Below are positions 19,797 to 32,306 of a DNA stretch of 64,000 bases, piece by piece; position 1 is the first letter of the stretch; each line of letters begins with the position of its first letter. This DNA is from Bacillus subtilis subsp. subtilis str. 168 (GTDB lineage Bacteria > Bacillota > Bacilli > Bacillales > Bacillaceae), in the NCBI RefSeq assembly GCF_000009045.1, contig NC_000964.3:3906001-3970000 (forward strand), written 5' to 3'. Made by a program: the position numbers and the translations under genes. The notes beneath the pieces are model-generated. The model saw nothing but the letters and a program-made list of their open reading frames with translations. It made no database searches and was not told the origin of the DNA.

Positions 19797-20399
19797 TTAC
19801 TTTTTCTTCTGCTCGTCAGAAATCGCTTTTTCAAATACATCCTTGCCGGCAGCACCCGGAATTACAGTGTCACCGATAATAAAGGTTGGAACGGCTGTGA
19901 TGTCAGCCTCTTCATAGGCGTGCTTCAAGGCTTGGCGCTGCACGTCCTGATATGTTCTTGTTTCCAGTGCTGATTTGAATGATGCACCGTCTAATCCCAC
20001 TTCCTCGGCGAGCTTCGTCAAGATGTCAATATCGCCGATATTTTGGTCCTCCTGGAAAAATGCCTGAAAGACACGGGTGTTGTATTCATGTCCTTTATTG
20101 TATTCCTTCGCAAAATGGAAGCCTTCAAACGCGAGGTCTGTATACGGATGGGGCGAGACGTTTGGAAAATTGATCTCGACTCCTAATTTCTCCGCCATTG
20201 GCTGAATTGATGTCTGCCACATGTACTGTTTAGAAGGATCATTGACCGGATCAAGCTGAGGAGATGGGCTTGGGCGCAGTTCAAACGGCATCCACTCGAC
20301 TTCAACATCCTTTCCTTTTATCGCTTCTTCAAAAGCGGCTTTTCCAACAAAACAAAATGGGCAGACGTAATCTGAATAAACTTTAATGTGTACTGTCAT
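19797..20399 (-). CDS. ywbO: DsbA/FrnE-like thioredoxin-fold protein
   Basis: SDYVCPFC CxxC motif; ITAVPTF cis-Pro loop. Confidence 0.9.
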   Translation of the reverse strand: MTVHIKVYSDYVCPFCFVGKAAFEEAIKGKDVEVEWMPFELRPSPSPQLDPVNDPSKQYMWQTSIQPMAEKLGVEINFPNVSPHPYTDLAFEGFHFAKEYNKGHEYNTRVFQAFFQEDQNIGDIDILTKLAEEVGLDGASFKSALETRTYQDVQRQALKHAYEEADITAVPTFIIGDTVIPGAAGKDVFEKAISDEQKKK

Positions 20400-20465
20400 G
20401 ATAATCTCCTTTCATACTAAATTGATTTTAAACTGTAACAATTAAAGTTACAACTGTTTTTTAAT

Positions 20466-20681
20466 AAAGAAGCCGATTTAGGCTTCTTTCAGATTGATGA
20501 CAAAATCCTAAAAAGTTTTAGGATTTTGTCATCCTTTCAGCGTGATTGAAAACCCTTGAAGTCTAGGAAAGCCGAGCATTGGAGCGGAGCGAATGCTCTA
20601 ATTCGTGAGCACCAACGCACAGGCTTGACAACGAATGCGAGGGTTTGTCGACACGCTGAAAGAAGCCTGTAAAGGCTTCTT

Positions 20682-20682
<1 letters not shown>
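20466..20682. repeat. About 190-bp palindromic intergenic element (MITE/REP-like) flanked by duplicated hairpins
   Basis: 13-bp terminal inverted repeat 20480-20492/20656-20668; 18-bp perfect hairpin 20496-20533; inner inverted repeat 20534-20544/20652-20662. Confidence 0.8.
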
Positions 20683-21950
<1,268 letters not shown>

Positions 21951-23108
21951 TTATAGCACATTCGCAATCTTCGACATGGTTTCAGAAAGAGTCGTCAGCT
22001 TAGTGCTCAGCTCTCTGATTTGCTTTTCACTTAATTTATCATAAGACGTATAGGACTGATCATTTGTTTTGTATTTTGCCATTAAAACTTCAAATTCGCT
22101 GAACTCCGTATCCAGTTTTTCCGTCAAGTCGGAGTGATCTTTTACAAGCGCGCTTTTCACTGTTTGATAAACGGCTTCGGAGCCTTCCACATTTGCCATA
22201 AGGTCAACTAAATCAATTCGTGAGTAGCGCTCTTCTTCTCCCGTGATTTTCGAAATTCCGGCTTCGTTCAGAAGCTCCATCGCGCCTGCAACAATTTGTT
22301 CAGGTGTTAATTTCAGTGATTGAATTGAACCGTCAAGCTCTTTTACATCCTTGAGAAGCTGGTCAGCTGTTGCCTTTTCCCCGGAAATATCTTGATCCTT
22401 CCAAATGGCCTTCTCAAGCTTATGGAAGCCTGTCCATTTGTCTCCTTCTTCAACATCGTTTTCTCGTGCGTCAATTTTCGGATCAAGATCTCCGAGGCTT
22501 TCAGCGATCGGTTCGATTCGCTCGTAATAAACACGCGCTTTCGCATATAACGTTTTGGACTTTTCGATATCGCCGGATTTCACAGCACCCGTAAATGCTT
22601 CAGTCGCTTTGACAAGCTGGTCACTCTGCTCTTTGACATAGCCTTTATACTCATCCGCTGCTTTTGCCAGCTGATCGCTAGCCTTTTTGCCGCTCTTCTT
22701 CGCTTCTGTCAGGTCTTCTAAGGATGCTTTCAATGACTCGGATTCTGTCTTGATTTTTCCTGCATCCGGTTTGTCTTTTTGCGCTTCTGTGTAGATTGGC
22801 TGAAGATGCTTTTCGATTTCTGTATATTCGAATGGATAGTCGCTGCGAATATCGTTTTCAAAGGAAAGCCAGTAGCTGTTTAACTCTTTCCCCTTCTTTT
22901 CAATCTCTTTTTGGTCTCCTTTTTCCACTGAGTCATTCAGCTTAGAAATGATGGTTTCCATTTTATTTACGGATGCGGTGATTTCTTTAGTGACCCCGCT
23001 TTTTTCAGATGAAGCTTTTTCTTTGGTTGAAGATGTGTCATTGGCTCCGCAGCCTGCGCACAGCGCAAGGATGCATCCGGCTGATACAGCGATTTTTGTG
23101 AAATTCAT
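21951..23108 (-). CDS. efeO: Iron-binding lipoprotein (imelysin/M75 domain)
   Basis: Lipobox LCAGC; YERIEPIAE and GFHKLE motifs. Confidence 0.94.
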   Translation of the reverse strand: MNFTKIAVSAGCILALCAGCGANDTSSTKEKASSEKSGVTKEITASVNKMETIISKLNDSVEKGDQKEIEKKGKELNSYWLSFENDIRSDYPFEYTEIEKHLQPIYTEAQKDKPDAGKIKTESESLKASLEDLTEAKKSGKKASDQLAKAADEYKGYVKEQSDQLVKATEAFTGAVKSGDIEKSKTLYAKARVYYERIEPIAESLGDLDPKIDARENDVEEGDKWTGFHKLEKAIWKDQDISGEKATADQLLKDVKELDGSIQSLKLTPEQIVAGAMELLNEAGISKITGEEERYSRIDLVDLMANVEGSEAVYQTVKSALVKDHSDLTEKLDTEFSEFEVLMAKYKTNDQSYTSYDKLSEKQIRELSTKLTTLSETMSKIANVL

Positions 23109-24550
23109 TTTGTCAGTTCCTTTCCGTTTGTAAAATGTTTTGCCGCTTCTGAAACAAGCGCAATCAGTAAAAAGAGTAAAATCAACATTTGCGGAATCGT
23201 GCTGTACACAGACGGATAAATTCCTAGCACCGATACAGACGGCAGCCAGCTTTCTGCATCAGACGGAAGAATGCCCGCCAGTTGAAGGCTGTGAACGCCG
23301 GTTCCGAGAAATTTCACGCACATATACAGGACAACCGCCATTGATAGAAGAAAAAACGGCTTCAATGGAATGCGCATTCCGAGCTTGATCATCAGAACAC
23401 CGACGATGACGAGAACGATAAGCCCTGCGGCAGTTCCGCCGATCAGTTCAGTGAGCGGGAGCTTCCCGACAAGCCCGATGAAAAAGATGACCGTTTCGAG
23501 ACCTTCTCTTACAACTGCCAGAAATGCAATGAGCGCAAAGGAAAGCAGGCTTCGTTTTTTTAGTGCCTGTGACTTCTGGATATTGATTTTTTCTCTCCAT
23601 TTATCCATTGAGGCGTTTCTGTGCAGCCACACCCCGACATACAAAAGCATGACAGCGGACAGTACGCCGGTAACGCCGCCAAGCAAGAAATTGTTTTCTC
23701 CGAATACACTGGAGGAGAACAGAACCGTGACACCGATGCCGGCTGCTAAGGAAACAGCCATGCCGGCGGACGCCCCGCCCCAGATCCATGTCGAGGAACG
23801 CGTAACCCGCGCTTTTTTTGTCATGGTTAATAGCGCTCCGATGACAAGGAGGGCCTCCATTCCTTCACGAACCGGGATCAGCGCCGCATCCCACCAGCTG
23901 TAGCTGCTTGAAGCGATCGGCTCGAGCAATTGAATCATTTCGTCAATTTGCTTTGATACCTTTTCAGGATGGCTGCCGATCTCCGCCTTCATCAGCGCCA
24001 GATTTTCCTCCGATGTCGTATAGGCTTCTTTCGATTGGGACACGACATCTCCCTCAACAGCGAGCCAGGATGTAACTAAATTGTCGATTGCGGATGACGC
24101 TTCATCCAATTGTTTTTTTTCTATGAACTGTTTTGTGTCTTTCAAGCTTTGTATATAGGCTGTTAAGGACGCCCTTGATTGACCTGAGGATGTCTTTTTC
24201 AGCACGACAGCCTGCTGATAGGTTTCTAAATGAGACGCAAGCTCTTCAAGCTGTGTTTTGAGCTTACGTGCGTCTTGATTGATAAAAGAAAGAGAAATCA
24301 TCGCGATATTCGCGTCCATTTCACTGTGAGAAGAAAGGTTTTCTTTCTTAATAGAAGGTTCTTCTTTTTTCCACTTCGCCTTGAAGGTGTCAAACGTTTG
24401 TTGTGCCGAATCCATATCCCCGTCTTTTACGGATTTGATCATTTGCTTGTTTAATTGAATTAATGCGGCGATCGGATCATCTTCCGCATGTGCCGCAGAA
24501 CCGAAAACCATCAACAAGCTGAATAGAATAAGTGCCAGCCCCCGAGCCAT
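23105..24550 (-). CDS. efeU: FTR1-family iron permease with N-terminal extracellular domain
   Basis: Two RExxE motifs (VREGMEA, VREGLET); start MARGL at 24550 after AGGAGG. Confidence 0.94.
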   Translation of the reverse strand: MARGLALILFSLLMVFGSAAHAEDDPIAALIQLNKQMIKSVKDGDMDSAQQTFDTFKAKWKKEEPSIKKENLSSHSEMDANIAMISLSFINQDARKLKTQLEELASHLETYQQAVVLKKTSSGQSRASLTAYIQSLKDTKQFIEKKQLDEASSAIDNLVTSWLAVEGDVVSQSKEAYTTSEENLALMKAEIGSHPEKVSKQIDEMIQLLEPIASSSYSWWDAALIPVREGMEALLVIGALLTMTKKARVTRSSTWIWGGASAGMAVSLAAGIGVTVLFSSSVFGENNFLLGGVTGVLSAVMLLYVGVWLHRNASMDKWREKINIQKSQALKKRSLLSFALIAFLAVVREGLETVIFFIGLVGKLPLTELIGGTAAGLIVLVIVGVLMIKLGMRIPLKPFFLLSMAVVLYMCVKFLGTGVHSLQLAGILPSDAESWLPSVSVLGIYPSVYSTIPQMLILLFLLIALVSEAAKHFTNGKELTK

Positions 24551-24564
24551 CATGTTCCTCCTAT

Positions 24565-24584
24565 AATTGAAAATGATTATCATT
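24565..24584 (-). promoter_or_regulatory. Fur box upstream of efeUOB
   Basis: Minus strand AATGATAATCATTTTCAATT, adjacent to the RBS. Confidence 0.85.
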
Positions 24585-24706
24585 GTATAACATAATCATA
24601 GCCAGTTCCTGTCCTTTGTCAATTAAAATTTGAAGGTCTGAAAACCTTGATGGACAGCAAAAAAGCTGTCCTTTTACAGAACAGCCCTTTGAAGGAAAAT
24701 GAACGA

Positions 24707-26190
<1,484 letters not shown>

Positions 26191-26197
26191 ATTTGCA

Positions 26198-27103
26198 TCA
26201 TCCTTTACTATCTTTTTTCGGGTCCCATAAATACGATTTCGTATGTTCGAGCCAAGCTCTGGCGGCAAACGACAAGTACCTGTCCTTTCTCCAAATAATG
26301 GCGAGGTGCCAAGGGATGACCGGATCGACAAGCGGAATGACTTTCACTTTTTCCGGGTCAAGGCCGCGGCAGATCCGTTCCGGCAAAAGCCCGATCCCAA
26401 GGTTGGCGGATACCATCTCACTAATAAAATCCCATTGTGATGTTTCATAAATGATATGGGGCCGGAACCCAGCCTTGATACATTCCGTCATAATTCGGTT
26501 GTGCAGGACAAAATCCTCTCTGAAGAAAATAAAAGGCTCGTCCTTCAACTCACGCAGCTGACATTCTTTCTCATCAGCCAGCCGGTGGGAAGGGTGAACG
26601 ACAAGCATTAAGGTTTCTTTTACGATTGTAAACGAATGAAAGATATCTTCGTTTGCGGGAAGGACCACAACGCCGATATCAAGAGAGCCGTCCCCGACAC
26701 CTTCTTGGACTTTTATAGAACCGTCTTCGACTAGCTGAAAGGTGACATTCGGATAGTTTTCACGGAAATCGCCGAGCACTCTGGGGAAAAACCCCGATCC
26801 GATCATCGGCGGCAGTCCAATCCGTACGTGCCCTTTCTTGACTTCCATAATATCATTTAATTCTGACGTCAGGTTTTGAAATGATTTAATGATTTCCTGC
26901 GCCTGCACATACATGCTATGACCGGCATCAGTCAGTTCCACCTGCCTGCCGTTTCGGTAAAACAGTTCAATTCCGAGCTCTTCTTCTAAATTTTTGATCA
27001 TTTTTGATATCGTCGGCTGAGAAACATAAAGGGATTGGGAAGCCTTCGTAAAACTTTTTAAACGGGCGACTTCCAAGAAATATGTTAAATGGCGGATATC
27101 CAT
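26198..27103 (-). CDS. ywbI: LysR-family regulator (CidR-like)
   Basis: [31 protein letters not shown]. Confidence 0.93.
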   Translation of the reverse strand: MDIRHLTYFLEVARLKSFTKASQSLYVSQPTISKMIKNLEEELGIELFYRNGRQVELTDAGHSMYVQAQEIIKSFQNLTSELNDIMEVKKGHVRIGLPPMIGSGFFPRVLGDFRENYPNVTFQLVEDGSIKVQEGVGDGSLDIGVVVLPANEDIFHSFTIVKETLMLVVHPSHRLADEKECQLRELKDEPFIFFREDFVLHNRIMTECIKAGFRPHIIYETSQWDFISEMVSANLGIGLLPERICRGLDPEKVKVIPLVDPVIPWHLAIIWRKDRYLSFAARAWLEHTKSYLWDPKKDSKG

Positions 27104-27208
27104 GCGCTTCACCCTTTCTATAGACAAAAGGAATACTTCTTATTCTTAATATATATTTTACCTATAGAGAGACCTTATGTACAATAAGTATATAAGGGAG
27201 GCATCAAT

Positions 27209-27595
27209 ATGAAAAAACTGTTGCTAACCGTTATTCAAATCGCTCTGTTATTTATATTTGCTCGGCTGATTAATTGGGTGACAGCCCTTCTTCATATAAA
27301 TATTCCCGGCAGTATAATAGGGATTGTGATTCTTTTCACATTATTGCACTTTAACATTATCAAGCTTGAATGGATCGAGCTTGGTGCAGCGTGGCTTCTC
27401 GGGGAGCTGCTTTTATTTTTTATCCCGTCTGCCGTCGGAGTGATTGAATACGGAGACATTATGTCGAAATTTGGTGTCAGCATTCTGCTTGTTGTCATCA
27501 TCAGCACGTTTGTCGTGATGGTGTCTACAGGAACGCTTACACAACTCATCGCAAAGAGAAAGGAGAAAAAGCATACGTGTTCATCGGAATTGTAA
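27209..27595 (+). CDS. ywbH: CidA/LrgA holin-like membrane protein
   Basis: PGSIIG and LLLFFIPSAVG motifs. Confidence 0.9.
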   Translation: MKKLLLTVIQIALLFIFARLINWVTALLHINIPGSIIGIVILFTLLHFNIIKLEWIELGAAWLLGELLLFFIPSAVGVIEYGDIMSKFGVSILLVVIISTFVVMVSTGTLTQLIAKRKEKKHTCSSEL

Positions 27596-28254
27596 GTTTG
27601 TTTTTAACGGTTTTGGTGTATTTAGGAGCAAAAAAGGTATATCAACGCTTTCCGCGTGTTTATACGTCGCCGCTATTGGTGACGCCCGCTGTATTAGTCG
27701 GTCTGCTGCTGCTGGTGAATGTCCCGTACGAGTCCTATAATCTCGGCGGCGGATTGCTGACCGATATGCTACAGCCGGCCACCGTGGCATTCGCGATCCC
27801 GTTATATAAATATTTCCCTGTTTTAAAGAAATACGCAGTGGAAATTATTTTGAATGTGGCCGTCGGTTCATGCATCGCGATTATTTCTACCGCTCTTATT
27901 GCGAAATGGCTTCACCTCGGCACCGGCTTAATTGACAGCCTCGTCCCAAGATCAGTGACAACGCCGATCGCGATGAACGTATCTGAAATGATCGGCGGTA
28001 TGCCTGCCGTCACAGCCGTGTTTGTGATTTTAACCGCTTTGCTCGGCACAGTGATCGGCCCGATGGTCATCCGTTATTTCCGCATTGATAACGAAATTGC
28101 GCGGGGCGTGCTGCTTGGCACAAGCGCGCACGGAGCGGGAACGTCAAAGGCATTTGAGCTCAGCTCTGTGTCCGGCACGATTTCCAGCGTGTCGATGATC
28201 TTAGCTGCGATTATGACGCTTTGCGCGGCGCCGTTTTTGCTTTCATTTATGTAA
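27577..28254 (+). CDS. ywbG: CidB/LrgB-family membrane protein
   Basis: PATVAFAIPLY, RSVTTPIA and GTSAHGAGT motifs. Confidence 0.9.
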   Translation: MFIGIVSLFLTVLVYLGAKKVYQRFPRVYTSPLLVTPAVLVGLLLLVNVPYESYNLGGGLLTDMLQPATVAFAIPLYKYFPVLKKYAVEIILNVAVGSCIAIISTALIAKWLHLGTGLIDSLVPRSVTTPIAMNVSEMIGGMPAVTAVFVILTALLGTVIGPMVIRYFRIDNEIARGVLLGTSAHGAGTSKAFELSSVSGTISSVSMILAAIMTLCAAPFLLSFM

Positions 28255-28283
28255 AAAACTGTCCTCTCGAGGGCAGTTTTTTT
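28253..28283 (+). terminator. Intrinsic terminator after ywbG
   Basis: AACTGTCCTC-TC-GAGGGCAGTT followed by a T-run. Confidence 0.8.
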
Positions 28284-28357
28284 TATGTGCTTCCCCTTAT
28301 TGAAAAGCTGGCGAATTCCAATATAATGTATTTGTGGATACCAAAGGAGGCACCCTG

Positions 28358-29557
28358 ATGCACAACTTGCAGGTGAGGCGGCATTATGCCGCGTTAAAAG
28401 GATTTTATTTGTTTGCTTTTCTCGGTACGGGCAGCATAATTCCCTTACTCAGTATGTATTTAACGAAGGAACAGCATTTAAGCGGATCACAGGTCGGCTT
28501 GATCATGTCACTGGGCCCGATTGTGATGATTTTCTTTCAGCCGTTTTGGGGCATGCTGAGCGACTATACGCAAAAAACGAAAGGCCTGCTGGCGGTTTGC
28601 ACATCAATCACAGGCATCATTGGATTAGCCTATATTGCATTTGACAGTTTCCCTCTGTTTATTTTGATTGCGGCCTGTTTTGCAGCCTTTCAAAGCACGA
28701 TTATTCCACTTTCGGACAGCATTTCACTAAGGTACACACAAGAAACAAACGGCAACTACGGCGGAATCCGCCTGTTTGGTTCTCTCGGCTTCGGTGTCGC
28801 GGTGTTTGCCATGGGACAGGTGACGAACCAGCTGTACCCCATTCACGTGATCTTTATCTTTGGCTGTGCCTTTCTGTGCATTGCTGCCATATTGGCTTCA
28901 CAAGTGCCCGGCCAGCAGAAAACAACAAAGGTCAATATCCGCAAAGGATTCCGGGAGCTTATCAGCAACAAAACTTTCCTCATCTTTATGATCATCACCT
29001 TTACGACATTTGCTCCAAACTTAGCGAACAATACGTATTTCAGTCTTTTTCTGGACAAAAGCGGCGCGTCACTTTCCGCTATCGGCATTTTATTTTTCAT
29101 CGGTGTCATTTCAGAAATTCCATTTATGAGATTCGCCCAAACATTTATAGATAAAATGGGGCTGCTCAACGTCATTATGCTGTCAGGCGGAGTCTCATTA
29201 TTCAGGTGGGCGCTCTATTTCACGGCGCCTTCACTATGGATCATTTATGCGACGGTCTTTCTTCAGGGAGTGGCCATCGGTTTATTTATCCCGGCGGCGC
29301 TTCAATATGTGAAAAAGATTACCCCAAGACACGTTGAAGCGACGGCGCTGACCATGTACGCCGCCATTGGCAACGGGTTCGGCAACTGGTTCTGCACATT
29401 TGCAGGCGGGTACATTTTTGACTACGTGTCGATCTTCGCAGTCTACTTGCTTTTTGGCATTCTGAGCATAGCAGGCTTTGGCCTGACATTATATTTAATG
29501 AAGGCTGAAAAAAACAAACATACACTTCATCAGCCGGCTGTTACTTTTAAACCATAA
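28358..29557 (+). CDS. ywbF: MFS transporter (maltose/sugar-phosphate permease-like)
   Basis: 12-TM pattern; YGGIRLFGSLGF; AAAGGAGG RBS before ATG 28358; TTGAAA-N16-TATAAT at 28300-28327. Confidence 0.88.
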   Translation: MHNLQVRRHYAALKGFYLFAFLGTGSIIPLLSMYLTKEQHLSGSQVGLIMSLGPIVMIFFQPFWGMLSDYTQKTKGLLAVCTSITGIIGLAYIAFDSFPLFILIAACFAAFQSTIIPLSDSISLRYTQETNGNYGGIRLFGSLGFGVAVFAMGQVTNQLYPIHVIFIFGCAFLCIAAILASQVPGQQKTTKVNIRKGFRELISNKTFLIFMIITFTTFAPNLANNTYFSLFLDKSGASLSAIGILFFIGVISEIPFMRFAQTFIDKMGLLNVIMLSGGVSLFRWALYFTAPSLWIIYATVFLQGVAIGLFIPAALQYVKKITPRHVEATALTMYAAIGNGFGNWFCTFAGGYIFDYVSIFAVYLLFGILSIAGFGLTLYLMKAEKNKHTLHQPAVTFKP

Positions 29558-29590
29558 TGACTATAATGAACAAAAGAAAGGATGTGCGTT

Positions 29591-29788
29591 ATGAACGGGC
29601 AAGAGCGAAACAGCATTTCGAAAGGGTTGCAGGTTGATATTGTATTGAAAGCAGATCAAAAAACAGGAAAACTGACGAGAGGGACAGTGAAGGATATTTT
29701 GACGAAATCAAACTTTCATCCGCATGGCATTAAAGTCCGTCTTGAAGATGGCCGCATCGGCCGCGACCAGCAGATCGTTTCTACATAA
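29591..29788 (+). CDS. ywbE: Conserved small protein (DUF2196/YwbE family)
   Basis: IVLKADQKTGKLTRG...HPHGIKVRL motif. Confidence 0.85.
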   Translation: MNGQERNSISKGLQVDIVLKADQKTGKLTRGTVKDILTKSNFHPHGIKVRLEDGRIGRDQQIVST

Positions 29789-29821
29789 AAAAAAGCTGCC
29801 CCTGAACAGGGCAGCTTTTTC
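29787..29821. terminator. Bidirectional terminator ywbE/ywbD
   Basis: AAAAAGCTGCCC-CTGAACA-GGGCAGCTTTTT. Confidence 0.88.
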
Positions 29822-29823
29822 AT

Positions 29824-31014
29824 TTATTTTTTCTGCAGAAGGACCACTTTCAGGTAGTTGCCTTCCGGAAATGCCGAAATCGTTTTGAAATCCTCCGGCA
29901 GCGTAAATTCCTCAATGATCGTGTAGCGTTCATTTGTTTCTTTAAAGGCGGCATCAATAAAGCCTTTGAACTTCTTCATGCCAAAGGCGCTGCTGTTTGT
30001 AGAGGCAACAATGACACCCTTGTCAGCAGTGATGGCGATCGTTTCCTTCAGCAGGTTTTTATAATCCTTGGCCGCGCTGAAGGTGCGTTTTTTTGTGCGC
30101 GCAAAGGAAGGCGGATCTAGAATAATCAGATCAAAGCGCAAATCCTTTTTTGCAGCATATGAAAAATAGTTAAAAACGTCCATCACTTTAATGTCGTGCG
30201 CTTCGTAATCCAGCTTGTTCACGCTGAATTGCTCGATCGTTTTGGCAAGACTTCGATTTGCCACGTCGACGCTTGTTGTTTTCTCCGCTCCGCCAAGCGC
30301 CGCCGCCACGGAGAATGCACCCGTATAAGAAAACGTATTTAAAACGGTTTTCCCTTTTGCATAGCGGTCTCTGATCGCCTTGCGCACATGTCTCTGATCC
30401 AAAAAGATGCCCGTCATGGCGCCTTCATTCAGATCCACCGCGTATTGAATGCCATTCTCTTGGATGATGATCGGGAACTCGCCCCTTCTCCCTTTCACGA
30501 AGTCATCATCTTCAACGTATTGTCCAGCCGTGTCGAAGCGTTTCTTCTCGTAAATCGCTTTATAATCAAGATCCATCTCATCCAATGCGGAAATCAGCAT
30601 GTCTTTAAAGGTGTAAATTCCCTTGCTGTACCATTGAATCAGCAGGTAGCCGTCATAATAGTCGATGGTGACGCCGCCGACACCGTCACCCTCACCGTTG
30701 AACAGGCGGAAAGCTGTTGTATCTTGAGCCTCAAATAGTTTGGCGCGCGCTTGGGCCGCTTTTGTTAATTTGCTGAGAAAAAATGCTTGGTCAATCTGTT
30801 CATGTTTATTGCGGGTAAGCGTCCAGCCAACCCCTTTGTTTTGCAGGCCGTAATAGCCCCGCGCGAGAAACTCGCCGCCGCTCTCAGACACGATATCAAC
30901 GAGGTCTCCTTCTTTCATGTGCCCCGCACTCCCTGCGAGAGCTTCTTTTTCAATAAGGGGATAGCCTTTTTTTATTTTGGCAGCGTGTGCTTTTTTTAGG
31001 GTGAGTAGCTTCAT
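29824..31014 (-). CDS. ywbD: Class I SAM-dependent methyltransferase (RlmI-like)
   Basis: TGIFLDQR, LNTFSYTGAFS and LDPPSF motifs. Confidence 0.92.
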   Translation of the reverse strand: MKLLTLKKAHAAKIKKGYPLIEKEALAGSAGHMKEGDLVDIVSESGGEFLARGYYGLQNKGVGWTLTRNKHEQIDQAFFLSKLTKAAQARAKLFEAQDTTAFRLFNGEGDGVGGVTIDYYDGYLLIQWYSKGIYTFKDMLISALDEMDLDYKAIYEKKRFDTAGQYVEDDDFVKGRRGEFPIIIQENGIQYAVDLNEGAMTGIFLDQRHVRKAIRDRYAKGKTVLNTFSYTGAFSVAAALGGAEKTTSVDVANRSLAKTIEQFSVNKLDYEAHDIKVMDVFNYFSYAAKKDLRFDLIILDPPSFARTKKRTFSAAKDYKNLLKETIAITADKGVIVASTNSSAFGMKKFKGFIDAAFKETNERYTIIEEFTLPEDFKTISAFPEGNYLKVVLLQKK

Positions 31015-31076
31015 ATATGTCGTCCTCTTTCCGTTTGCTTTCTCTTATGGTACCACAAAACGCCAAGATGTCTGCA

Positions 31077-31105
31077 TTGACAGAAAGGAAAGGTTTTTCT
31101 ACGAT
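31077..31105 (+). promoter_or_regulatory. SigA promoter of glxA/ywbC
   Basis: TTGACA-N17-TACGAT. Confidence 0.7.
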
Positions 31106-31134
31106 AGACAAAAAGAGTTACGAGGAGGAGCAGC

Positions 31135-31515
31135 ATGGCAAAACGAATTGACCATACAGGCATCATGGTAAGAGATATTAACGCGTCCATCACATTTTAT
31201 GAAGAGGTACTAGGCATGAAATTGAAGGATCGCATCACTCACACGAACGGTGTAATCGAGCTTGCTTTTCTTGGCTTTGAAGACGGCCCGGAAACAGAAA
31301 TTGAACTGATTCAAGGCTACAGCAGCGAGCTTCCCGCTGAAGGAAAAGTGCACCACATTGCCCTGCTGACGGATGACATCGCGGCTGAATATACAAAAGC
31401 GGAAAAAATGAACGCAAAATTTATCGACGAGGAGATCACAACACTTCCAAACGGATACCGTTATTTCTATATCGAAGGCCCTGACGGTGAGTGGATTGAG
31501 TTCTTTCAGCGGTAA
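31135..31515 (+). CDS. glxA: Glyoxalase I (VOC family)
   Basis: IDHTGIMV, EIELIQ, HHIA and GPDGEWIEF motifs. Also known as ywbC. Confidence 0.9.
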   Translation: MAKRIDHTGIMVRDINASITFYEEVLGMKLKDRITHTNGVIELAFLGFEDGPETEIELIQGYSSELPAEGKVHHIALLTDDIAAEYTKAEKMNAKFIDEEITTLPNGYRYFYIEGPDGEWIEFFQR

Positions 31516-31519
31516 AAAT

Positions 31520-31554
31520 AAAGAACGTACATTTTGTGATGTACGTTCTTTTTT
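31520..31554. terminator. Bidirectional terminator glxA/ywbB
   Basis: 13-bp stem AAAGAACGTACAT/ATGTACGTTCTTT. Confidence 0.88.
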
Positions 31555-32230
31555 ATCTATACCAACTGATATACGTTGACTCATCGCAAATCATAGCTTC
31601 CCAGCCCATACGCTCAACCAATTCATGGATGTTTTTATCTTTGGCTAAAAAGACATTAATGAATGAGTCATATACACTCATAAACACAAAATCCATTTTC
31701 TCATCAGTTAAAACGAGCTCTGTTGCGGCTTCATCAAGAACCGTCCGCAAGTTGGCTTCAGTTATGTCCAAAACGCCGCGGTTTTCCACAATCGGTTCTG
31801 CGTAATAAAACCGATTGGATCCGTTCGCACCTAATACCTTTACCAAACTCGGAATATGAAAATTTGAAATATGATCCTCACTGGGATAATAGAGGTCTCC
31901 ATTTATGTTTTCATGTAACACCTCAGCCAAATCCTCTCTCGCGAACTCGTCCCTTAAAGCGCCTATCGACGTCATTAAAGCCAGCGCCAGCTCAGCATGT
32001 GTTTGAAAGCCGCAAGAAGACATAACCTTCTTCCAGGAAACAGCCTTGCCTATTCCTCTTATTTCATTATCGTTTGGATAAATATGTTCATAATCATTTT
32101 TTCTTTTTGCATTCTCCCATCCTTCAGGCATTTGGATAAAAGGAGAAAAGATAAGAGCAGCAGATGAGTATTCAACTGGTACTTGTTGTAAGATTGGTGA
32201 TTCGTCATCTAACCATATATAATCTAGCAT
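31553..32230 (-). CDS. ywbB: Uncharacterised protein (DUF2711-like)
   Basis: ATG 32230 after GGAGGTG; 225-aa ORF. Confidence 0.75.
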   Translation of the reverse strand: MLDYIWLDDESPILQQVPVEYSSAALIFSPFIQMPEGWENAKRKNDYEHIYPNDNEIRGIGKAVSWKKVMSSCGFQTHAELALALMTSIGALRDEFAREDLAEVLHENINGDLYYPSEDHISNFHIPSLVKVLGANGSNRFYYAEPIVENRGVLDITEANLRTVLDEAATELVLTDEKMDFVFMSVYDSFINVFLAKDKNIHELVERMGWEAMICDESTYISWYR

Positions 32231-32306
32231 GCGCACCTCCTTTACATATTCTAACATTCCTTTCGTTTGAAAGAGATGATCAGCCCTATGACAGGCTGAT
32301 CATCTA

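Noticed and set aside
26191-26200. TPP riboswitch upstream of thiM
   Set aside because: Only 7 nt separate ywbI from thiM and no THI-box motif was seen.
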